NCBI GenBank assembly: GCA_976226885.1
Contig: OZ320313.1
Coordinates: 142,228,001-142,292,000 of the forward strand
Source of the DNA: Iphione sp. A-MEVVRFRX5
Taxonomy: Eukaryota
Direction: 5' to 3'
DNA length: 64,000 bases
This document shows, piece after piece, positions 55,666 to 64,000 of this stretch. The notes under the pieces are model-generated. The model did no database searches. It saw only the letters and a program-made list of their open reading frames with translations, and had not been told where the DNA came from. The position numbers were made by a program, and so were the translations under genes. Every line of letters starts with the position of its first letter. The first letter of the stretch is position 1.

Positions 55666-58050
55666 GGGACGCGAACGAGGCCCAACACAGGGCAGGTGGG
55701 AGGAGTACTTTAGAGCCACAATTTTTTTTTTCTCGACAGCCTGATTCGCGCGCAACGCCATTATGACCCAAGAGGACCTCGGGACCGGAGAGAGCTAAAT
55801 ACAGACTGACCGTCTCGGGCGTTAACACGTCGGCGTCGGCTGACATAAGAAAAAAACATGCTTCTCAGCAACTCTAGCTGTATAGCTGACTTGGTGTGGT
55901 TGAACTATAATATCTAGCTGTAGCCCGGGACATGGCAGTCTCAAGGTACTTCATGATTCTCAAGTTCTATATCGATATCCGGATATTGCTACTCAAGTTT
56001 ATGTTTTTATGTATGTGATCGTTTCTTTTCAATTTAAGGATTAAGAACTGATAAATATTTAAACACAGTAGAGAGAAACGACAAGCGATAATGCATCTTT
56101 AATTATCTAGATTAGCGGTCAGAAAGCAATAGGATGATTGAAGGTGACTAGATGTAATTGTGAAAGAGAAGCCATATTTGAATATTAAATATACATTGCG
56201 TTAATTATATCAGGGATGCCACTTGCTGATTGCAGTCCTGAACAATATTTGGTTGAAGGGTTGCGTTGAAAACGTTCGGAATTACCACTTCTTTGCACAG
56301 CAGCTCATCATGCCTATCTGATACAAATTGGTATTAATTGATAGTGGGGCCATCCAAACAAACTGTATATGACAACCAAATAATTGTATAATGTCACACC
56401 TTTGTGGTACAGGTAACAGAATTCGCCTAAAACAACGCTTTCTATGATTAGCTATAAAAGTGTTTCCTGCAATATTCATTAGTTGCAGCAAAGATGTAGC
56501 ACTGTTTTCAAAGGTCAAAGATTAAATGTGGGGGCCGCTAAATAGTAACCAAAATGTTCATACGTATGTACAAGTTCTTACAGTCTTCCAAATACAACCG
56601 TGAATAGACAAATGCATATGCCATGTCCAGACATGCAGATTCGCTTTGCCTGATGTCGGTGCAAAGGACTTACAGCAAACGGCGAAAGGCAAGGGGAAGT
56701 TGTTTTTTTAGCGTCGAGCGATTGACTGTACCTCTGTCATTGCCTCCCAGTCCAATGTAAGCAGCTGTGTGCGGCTCGTAGTGTTGACCTGCTCTCGCCC
56801 CGGCTAGCAGTGTGTCAGCGTGCAGCTCAGAGCTTCTGGCCTTCCTCAGGAGTAGGCGTCATTGATTATCCATTCACTGGGCCGGCTTGCGATGAACGGC
56901 TGCCTTCCTTTATGTAGCACATTGTCCGCTCTGTGTATAACGAAGCTCTACATGAAATGAAGGGCAGTGTACTGTGGGCTTTAGGCGCAGTGTATACCTC
57001 CAACCTACCCTGCCCCCTTGGTCAAAGGGATCAGCTTTACATTAGTAGGCGGCAGCCGTCTTCATTTCAAGGACCTTCTGTTGAAAGTTTTATCCATTTT
57101 ATATCAGGAGGTGTTTTCTATCATAAATGTGTTATTGTATGCCTATTCAGCTTCTTACTAATATCTTTCCAAAGTTCCTGTTGAATGTGGATGAATGAAT
57201 GCAGGCGGCCTGACATTTCAAATTATTCTGTAGGCTTAGTTTCATTTTGGTACAGTAGTAGCACTGAACCATACTTCGCTCTAACTGTAAATAAGGAAGT
57301 TAGATATGGTTTCTTGCCTCAGGCTTTTTAACCAGGAGCTACTAACTCTACATCTTTTACGAATAACGTAATCAACTACGGTGGAATATCCTCATACAAT
57401 GGGCCACTATGACCGCAGCGATCAATCAACTCTGACGTTGATACGGCCTCAGAAAAGCCTGACACCTTCAAGGACGGAAATTTTAATCAGGCTGTAAGAA
57501 GCAGCTTAGTCTGAACCGCACCCTAGACCGAGCTTCATAATGAATCTAAAGGACCCATCTCTCAGGAAACTCTACCCATTGATTTTTGCACAATATGAAT
57601 GCAGCTTTAACCTGCTTATTCGGAGAGATAAACGATGAATAGCACGTGAATTATGTATTTGTCTGAACACATGATCAGAGTTGCCAGCATTCTATGGTGT
57701 ATCTGTTGCGAATCTGACTTGGTACTCATATGGATTCCATTCAACGTAAGTTACATAAGATGGTGCGGATATTTCCCTGGCATGTGATAACTGCAATAAT
57801 CCATCACAATGAATGCGAATGTAGTTCGTCTATTCTCAAAGGAATGCCATCCAGATTTACTTTATTTTCTCTTTCTATTCAAGCTCTATTCAATACAGTC
57901 TCTTTGTTCTTGTTTAGTCGTAAAATGAACAATAGCTCCGACACAGACTGCAACAATGCCCTTTACGAGGCTAAGGTCACAGCACATGCACTCGTCCCAT
58001 AAACAATACAGCTTATCGAAAACATAGTTTTGTAGAACGACTCATTTGCA

Positions 58051-58200
58051 AGTAGTGTAGTAGGAGCAACCCTTGGACACAGTTTTAAGGTCACGTGACC
58101 AATGACGTCACAGGTCACATGACACGTGATGTCACTGATCACGTGACAGACCCTAAGAGGGAGGGGGTAGAAGGTCACATGATCAATGAGGTCATAAAAA
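58051..58200 (+). repeat. Probable Polinton left terminal inverted repeat with E-box/CRE-like motif array
   Basis: AGTAGT start; perfect palindrome GGTCACGTGACC (58089-58100); TGACGTCA (58103-58110); further CACGTG/CACATG copies to about 58180. The partner repeat is outside the window, so the TIR length is unknown. Confidence 0.65.
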
Positions 58201-58804
58201 CAAACAAGAAGGAGTGAGGGGGAGGAAGTGATAACAAAAAGGTCAAATAAACAAGGTATTAACAGGGGATAGTAAGAGAGATTAGACGAGAGATTAGTAG
58301 AGGACATATACAAATCAATCACTAGACACGTTACTTTCATACAACATCGATGTCGAAACTTGTCAAACCCATCGAAAGGTCTGTGATTGCATACCTCCAA
58401 ATAATGCCAAATACGCATTCATATCATTCAAAAGAGAAAAGGAGATAAAAACAATCAGTGTACTCACCAACGAGAAGAGAAACATAATAGCGTGACCGAC
58501 CGAGACTACGATCGGAGCACATGTGCGAGTTGACGATAAAGAATCCAATAGTGCTCATATCACCATACCACGTATATTGTCAACATCGGATTAGGTTGTA
58601 TAATAGAACACGCTCATATATATATATGATAGTGTATAATAGATAAGCATGTAATAATCGATAGGACACGTATATACAGTATTAGTCGATGATCTAATAA
58701 AAAACACACGAGTCTACATATAATAGACCATCGAAAATGGTTTTACTTTCTACCCGTGGTCAATCTGTATAGTAGTACCAAGCACAAGTATTGAATCAAG
58801 AAAG

Positions 58805-59014
58805 ATGGTGGAAAAACAAGTAAGGATGATGTGGGAATGGATTCGAATGGAAGACGCAACGGGGAGACTAACAATAGATGACACTAAAGAAAAAAAGAAA
58901 ATAGATAATGCAAGGAAGAGTTTGAAAAGACTGGAAAAACTGAAGAAAACGAAGGGCGGACATGTAAAAAAACGAAGACAAAGAAAAAGGACAACAAATT
59001 TAACTAAACAAGAA
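58805..59014 (+). CDS. Putative pPolB exon 1 (70 aa, Lys/Arg-rich, NLS-like)
   Basis: ATG at 58805; MVEKQVR...KKRRQRKRTTNLTKQE ends exactly at a GAA|GTAAGT donor (59015), phase 0. The frame is open further upstream, so an additional 5' exon cannot be excluded. Confidence 0.62.
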
Positions 59015-59105
59015 GTAAGTATCACATTTGAGATGAACCACACACACATATATTACATTAATAACTACAATGCAGTTCATTTATACTACATATTTACTAT
59101 TATAG

Positions 59106-59306
59106 GAAGATCTACTCGCGGAGTTCCTTGTATTTGACCACACAACAGACATAGAAAGGAACACTGTTGAAAGAACGAGCGAAGATATGGACGATATTGA
59201 AGATGATTATAGTACTCCACCGACGGACGACAACATGACAAGCAACGATGATGATGGTGATGAGTACATTAGGAGTTCACATGAAGAAATAGCAGTAACG
59301 GGGAAT
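59106..59306 (+). CDS. Putative pPolB exon 2 (67 aa, acidic)
   Basis: Acceptor TTTACTATTATAG| ends at 59105. Frame EDLLAEFLVFDHTTDIERN...SHEEIAVTGN ends at an AAT|GTAAGA donor (59307). Phase 0 on both sides. Confidence 0.62.
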
Positions 59307-59514
59307 GTAAGACAGCGAATAAATCTACACATAACAGTGATCAATATTTATTGAAATGATACGATTACATAGGTTCACAGAGATAATACGAGTGTATGTA
59401 TCATAATATATATAACGTGATTAATCAATCAATTAATGATTATTGCAGAATGAGTAGATTGTCAATCAAGAACTAGGCATAGACATGTGATTGTATATTC
59501 CGTGTTTTCAACAG

Positions 59515-59844
59515 GTGGGAGTGGGTACTGCAGATAATAGCACAATGTTATTTAGTCAGTCGATTCACATAAACACGCGCGATGCCGGCGGTCGCGGTGA
59601 TGGTGACGACGTCGATAGCAACAGCAGCAGTGACGACAGTGGCGACGACAGTGGTGGCGCCAGGCACTACTCCGGGGCAGGTGGCGATGGTGGGAGCAGC
59701 AGTGATGACAGTGGCGGCGACAGTGGTGATGCCAGGCACTATTCTGGGGCAGGTGGTGCTGGTGGAAGCGGAAGTCAATACCAGAGTTTGCCATCACAGG
59801 CTCCGAGTACGTCATACGGGAGAGCAATCACAACTCCTACCATG
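59515..59844 (+). CDS. Putative pPolB exon 3 (110 aa, Gly/Ser/Asp-rich with an internal 24-aa duplication)
   Basis: Acceptor GTGTTTTCAACAG| ends at 59514; donor ATG|GTGAGG at 59845; 330 nt, phase 0. Differences between the two repeat copies are mostly at third codon positions in this frame. Confidence 0.7.
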
Positions 59845-59850
59845 GTGAGG

Positions 59851-59885
<35 letters not shown>
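59851..59885 (+). repeat. A35 homopolymer within predicted pPolB intron 3
   Basis: 35 consecutive A starting 6 nt after the GT donor at 59845. Confidence 0.95.
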
Positions 59886-59886
<1 letters not shown>

Positions 59887-59967
59887 ATGACACAAAACAT
59901 CATACATAATTTGTTGCAGTATAAATAACAGGTAACTTCAGAAATGCAATGTATTTATAATTTACAG

Positions 59968-60063
59968 GAAGACACCAATAACATCAGTGATAATAGCGAT
60001 AGAAGGGGCAACATGCCGTCAACTTCATCAGAGGCATTCACGAGAAGGAGACGATCCAATACA
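59968..60063 (+). CDS. Putative pPolB exon 4 (32 aa)
   Basis: Acceptor TTATAATTTACAG| ends at 59967; EDTNNISDNSDRRGNMPSTSSEAFTRRRRSNT; donor ACA|GTATGT at 60064. The next acceptor, CTGCATTTTAG|, ends at 60200. Phase 0. Confidence 0.7.
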
Positions 60064-60200
60064 GTATGTATTTATTGGTAGATTAGTATCAAGTCTTGAA
60101 ATAACGTTATATTTCATATTATTCAATACATCCAAGAAAGACACCATTAATTAATGCTGTTTATTTCCTCACACACATTTTCTATCCATCTGCATTTTAG

Positions 60201-63200
60201 CTGACCGAAAGCGCATGCCCATATTGCAAAAGGATGTTCAAGTATAAGGCAAATGCAGTGAAACATGCAGTAGACTGTAAAGAGAAGGCACGACTTCGAT
60301 GTTCAGTATGTAAGCGGAGGTTCCAAACAGAGAGTCTAAAGAGAGCGCACATGGAGAGATTTCACAAGAGGAAACTTCATTCATTCAAGTGTCGAAAATG
60401 CAACACGGTGCTAAACTCAAAGGAAGAACTCTACCTGCACGATGGTGAACAACATGGGGGAAACAAAGACGAGTTACAGCGCCCTCCATGGAACGAAGGA
60501 GACGAACCGTGGACGAGAACTGGCATCGGGGGAAGGATGGACGTAGACAGGGCAAGAGAATTCGAGAGAGTGTACTACGCAAATAGAAGACATATATTAG
60601 CAAGACACAGACAAGGTGACATATCTGCAACATATAATTTCCCAACAGACAATCTAGCTGAAGGTGGGATAGAATACGAAAGACAGATGGAAGAAGTATT
60701 CAGGCATGAACAGGTAGCATTCAAAGTGAACGTAGGATTCGGGATAATGATACGACACGTGGAGACAAACAAATTCCGATACTTTGTACCATATGGTAAT
60801 AGTAGCCTATTACCGGAACCAGTGCTCGTGTCGAGACGGGAAGACGTAGACAATGTCGTGGCCACCTTAAAGAACGTAGACCCAGAAAAGTATTTCACCG
60901 AAGATAGACCAGACACGAAGTGGGTATCAGAGGGCATCACCAACGTAGTATACTTCGTCTGGCGAACATCCTTTCCAATGGGTAGAGGTGGGGGTTTCCT
61001 ACCGAGGTTTCTGAAAGGAAGACCATATCTGATTTTACTAGACCAGCACAGAGATGGAAGTCAGGTAAAAGACGAACTATGTGCCTTCAGGTGTTTGGCG
61101 ATACACGAAGGAGAGGCGCACAGACTCGAAGAGAAGACGTACGACTGCTATGAGCAATGGAGACTGTTCATGGCGAGAAAGCACGGCATGACACTCCCCA
61201 TGAACGCACTAGAGTATGAAGGCGTCGATAAAAATCAACTATGCGACCTGGAAGAATGTTTCAACGTGAGCATATACGTATACGAACTAACAAAAGACGA
61301 AACGGTCATCATGCATTATAAGCCATTCCACAAGTTTGCAAAGTCAATGCACCTCAACATATACCAAGGGCATTTATCCTACGTCGTCGATTTTGAGAGA
61401 TACGCACAAAAATTCGAATGCATACTATGTAGGAGATGTTTTAAACGTCGATTTAACATACTGCGTCATATGAAGGTGTGTCCATTAAGGACAAGGTATG
61501 TATTCAAAGGCGGCTACTACTCAAACCCTCAGACAGTATTCGAGGAATTAGAGACGATAGGCATACACGTGGCAGAGGAAGACAGACTGTACAAGGACTT
61601 TGCCGTGTTTGACTGTGAGTCAATGCTGAGGGCAATGCCTGAGGGCGATTGTCCCAAATTGAAATGGGTGCGTAAACACGAAGTTATATCTGTAGCGGTG
61701 TGCAGCAATGTCACCGGATTCGAGAACCCAGTATGCTTCGTGTCAGAGGACACCGACGAATTAATGGACGAGACAGTGAGTTACTTAGAGAGAGTGCAGG
61801 AAGCAGCTATGGACAGAGCGAAGCAGAAATGGGAATGTGTACTTAGCGAACTAGACAGGCTAATGGAGCAACACCAACAACATCAGGAGCCAGCAGCATC
61901 AGACGCTGAGGACAACGTTAATAACGCACAGACCAGTGATGCTGATGATGATGACGATGACGATGATGATGGTGATGGTGACACTGATGACAATGACATT
62001 GCATGTGATGACCCACATAGTCAGATGCTAAAACACATAACAAAGGTATTCGAAAGATTCACGCACTACATAAGAGCCTTACCCGTATTGGGATTCAACT
62101 CAGGAAAGTACGATATGAACGTAATGAAGAGTGCACTGCTCAAACGACTGAAAAAGGAGGACGACGAAGACGAAAGAGAACTATTTGTCATTAAGCGCGC
62201 AAACACATATGTGACAGTCGACAACGGAGAGCTAAAGTTCCTCGACATTTCACAGTACCTTACACCGGGTGTGTCGTATGCAAAATTCTTAAAGGCATAC
62301 GGTGTAGAAATGCAGAAGGGGGTGTTTTGCTACGAATACTTAGATGGACCAGAAAGGTTAGCAGAAACACAGCTACCACCACACGAAGCCTTCTACTCGT
62401 CGTTGAAGGGGAGTAACATAACAAGAGAAGAATACGAAGACCTAAAAGTGACATGGAACCGAGAGGGCATGCAGTCGTTGCGCGACCTGCTGATCTACTA
62501 CAATAAGTTAGACGTTGGTCCGTTTGTGGAGGGAGTGACTCGTCTGCAAGAATTCTACTTCGATCGAGGAATGGACGTATTTAAGGTGGCAGTGTCAGCA
62601 CCGGGCGTTGCGAGGAGACTCTTATTCCAGTCCGCATTGAGTAGGGGCGTCAGATTTCCGACGTTTGGTGCCAACGAAGAGGACATTTATCAGACGTTTA
62701 GGAAGAATATAGTTGGCGGTCCAGCCATTGTGTTCACCAGGGCTCACGAAAAGAATGTGACACACATCAGAGATTCGACGAACAAGTGTCAGTCAATCAT
62801 TGGACTGGACGCAAACTCGCTGTACCTGTGTTGCATAGGTAAAGAACATGCAACAGGTACATATGTAAGAAGGAGAGCCAGTACGGGGTTCAGACGAGAA
62901 AAAGCTCCACTGTCCATGACAAGTGTGATATGGATGGAATGGGAGGCTAGGAACAGACAAATCACCATTACACACGCCCAAAACAGATACGAAGGTGAAG
63001 TATGGGTGGGACCGTACAGAGTAGATGGTATTGCAATTGCAGTGAGGATGGTGTTTGAGTTCAATGGGTGCTATTACCACGGACATGAATGTTTAAAGGG
63101 AAAGACGAAGGAAGTAGAACGAAAGAAGCGAGAGAGGCGTACAGAAGTCAGAAAGAAATTCATTGAGCAACAGGGTTACACAGTGGTGGCAATGGAGGAG

Positions 63201-64000
63201 TGTCGCTTCGAGAGCATGCTGCGAGAGAACGAGGAACTCAGAGAGTACGCAGAACGCTTCATGCCGACGTTCAGTGCATCACACAAGGACAGAGTGACGG
63301 AACAACAGATCATGGAAGGCGTACGCGATGGGACACTGTTTGGGGCAGTGGAAGTAGACATACAAGTACCAGAGAGATGGTTAAGTGAAGAAAGAGGAGG
63401 AGGAGGAGACAAGAGTCCCGCCGAGTATTTTAGAGAGATGTGCCCCCTATTTGGAAACACCACAGTGAGCTTTAACGACATAGGGGAACACATGAAGCGT
63501 CATGTGAGAGAACAACGCTTATCCCAGGCACCAAGAAGGTTGCTAGTCAGCACTATGAGAGCAAAGAAGACGCTGATCATGACGCCATTGTTGAAGTGGT
63601 ACGTGGAACACGGCCTCGTCGTTACAAAGGTGTACCAGTCAATTGAATTTGTTCCCAGAAAATGTTTCAAGTCATTTGTGAACGATGTCACGGAAGCGAG
63701 AAGGCGTGGGGATTGCGACGCAGACATGACCATCATCGCAGACACCATGAAACTGATCGGGAATTCTGTGTACGGTGGTATCATCATGCAGAAAGAAAAA
63801 CAGCACGCTGTTAAGTATTACTCATCGGCGAATCAGGCAGTACTGGCCGTGAACTCACCTCGCTTCAGACGGATGTGGGAACTGAAAGGACTGTACGAGG
63901 TGGAGATGGCAAAGACATGCATAACGCTTGATATGCCCGTCTACGTAGGATTCTCGATCCTCCAGTACGCGAAGTTGGTCATGCTCTCCTTCTATTACGA
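60201..64000 (+). CDS. pPolB: Protein-primed family B DNA polymerase (Polinton pPolB), main exon, more than 1266 codons, open at the window edge
   Basis: Hand translation from 60201 shows no stop to 64000. Motifs: ExoI FAVFDCES (D at 61611), ExoII LPVLGFNSGKYD (62094-62114), KGVFCYEY, ExoIII YYNKLDV (~62496-62516), NIVGGPAIVFTR, motif A IIGLDANSLY (D at 62808), motif B KLIGNSVYG (63750-63776), and GFSILQYAKLVML at the edge. Motif C (DTDS) is expected just beyond the window. Confidence 0.96.
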   Translation, partial: MTESACPYCKRMFKYKANAVKHAVDCKEKARLRCSVCKRRFQTESLKRAHMERFHKRKLHSFKCRKCNTVLNSKEELYLHDGEQHGGNKDELQRPPWNEGDEPWTRTGIGGRMDVDRAREFERVYYANRRHILARHRQGDISATYNFPTDNLAEGGIEYERQMEEVFRHEQVAFKVNVGFGIMIRHVETNKFRYFVPYGNSSLLPEPVLVSRREDVDNVVATLKNVDPEKYFTEDRPDTKWVSEGITNVVYFVWRTSFPMGRGGGFLPRFLKGRPYLILLDQHRDGSQVKDELCAFRCLAIHEGEAHRLEEKTYDCYEQWRLFMARKHGMTLPMNALEYEGVDKNQLCDLEECFNVSIYVYELTKDETVIMHYKPFHKFAKSMHLNIYQGHLSYVVDFERYAQKFECILCRRCFKRRFNILRHMKVCPLRTRYVFKGGYYSNPQTVFEELETIGIHVAEEDRLYKDFAVFDCESMLRAMPEGDCPKLKWVRKHEVISVAVCSNVTGFENPVCFVSEDTDELMDETVSYLERVQEAAMDRAKQKWECVLSELDRLMEQHQQHQEPAASDAEDNVNNAQTSDADDDDDDDDDGDGDTDDNDIACDDPHSQMLKHITKVFERFTHYIRALPVLGFNSGKYDMNVMKSALLKRLKKEDDEDERELFVIKRANTYVTVDNGELKFLDISQYLTPGVSYAKFLKAYGVEMQKGVFCYEYLDGPERLAETQLPPHEAFYSSLKGSNITREEYEDLKVTWNREGMQSLRDLLIYYNKLDVGPFVEGVTRLQEFYFDRGMDVFKVAVSAPGVARRLLFQSALSRGVRFPTFGANEEDIYQTFRKNIVGGPAIVFTRAHEKNVTHIRDSTNKCQSIIGLDANSLYLCCIGKEHATGTYVRRRASTGFRREKAPLSMTSVIWMEWEARNRQITITHAQNRYEGEVWVGPYRVDGIAIAVRMVFEFNGCYYHGHECLKGKTKEVERKKRERRTEVRKKFIEQQGYTVVAMEECRFESMLRENEELREYAERFMPTFSASHKDRVTEQQIMEGVRDGTLFGAVEVDIQVPERWLSEERGGGGDKSPAEYFREMCPLFGNTTVSFNDIGEHMKRHVREQRLSQAPRRLLVSTMRAKKTLIMTPLLKWYVEHGLVVTKVYQSIEFVPRKCFKSFVNDVTEARRRGDCDADMTIIADTMKLIGNSVYGGIIMQKEKQHAVKYYSSANQAVLAVNSPRFRRMWELKGLYEVEMAKTCITLDMPVYVGFSILQYAKLVMLSFYY

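Larger units (their letters stand above)
58051..64000 (+). mobile_element. Polinton/Maverick element, left end; continues beyond the window
   Basis: Starts AGTAGTGTAGTAGG at 58051 (Polinton termini typically begin AG/AGTAGT). A CACGTG/TGACGTCA-rich stretch follows, then an uninterrupted pPolB frame. The right TIR, integrase, ATPase, protease and capsid genes are not in the window. Confidence 0.88.

Noticed and set aside
60385-63787. Series of minus-strand ORFs in the track (60385-60645, 60575-60943, 61529-61753, 62066-62454, 62789-63086, 63176-63787)
   Set aside because: Antisense shadows of the plus-strand pPolB frame; no independent motifs.
1-64000. CRISPR arrays, rRNA, intact tRNA genes, prokaryotic operons
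   Set aside because: None seen. The window is eukaryotic and has no regularly spaced repeat-spacer structure.

Overview
Eukaryotic (animal) genomic DNA of moderate GC, rich in repeats and decayed transposable elements, with one 152-N assembly gap (53543-53694). The host looks like an invertebrate, but I cannot assign the taxon from the sequence. No host protein-coding gene could be confidently identified; most ORFs in the supplied track look spurious. The dominant feature is the left end of an apparently intact Polinton/Maverick element starting at about 58051 with an AGTAGT terminus. It carries a protein-primed family-B DNA polymerase (pPolB) whose 3.8-kb main reading frame (60201 to the window edge) is missing from the ORF track, presumably because it has no stop inside the window. 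The pPolB gene appears to be spliced: four small upstream exons, joined by four phase-0 GT-AG introns, would add about 279 aa of basic, acidic and Gly/Ser-rich sequence. Downstream come three zinc fingers, an OTU-like Cys/His segment, the exonuclease, and a polymerase with a Vsr-like nuclease insertion. Also present: a 5'-truncated RTE-clade LINE with a (TAAG)n tail and a probable target-site duplication (TSD); a decayed Gypsy gag-protease directly abutting a DIRS/Ngaro RNase H-recombinase fragment; a 1.3-kb non-autonomous terminal-inverted-repeat (TIR) element; a degenerate hammerhead-ribozyme-like motif; two promoter-like motif clusters; and several simple repeats.
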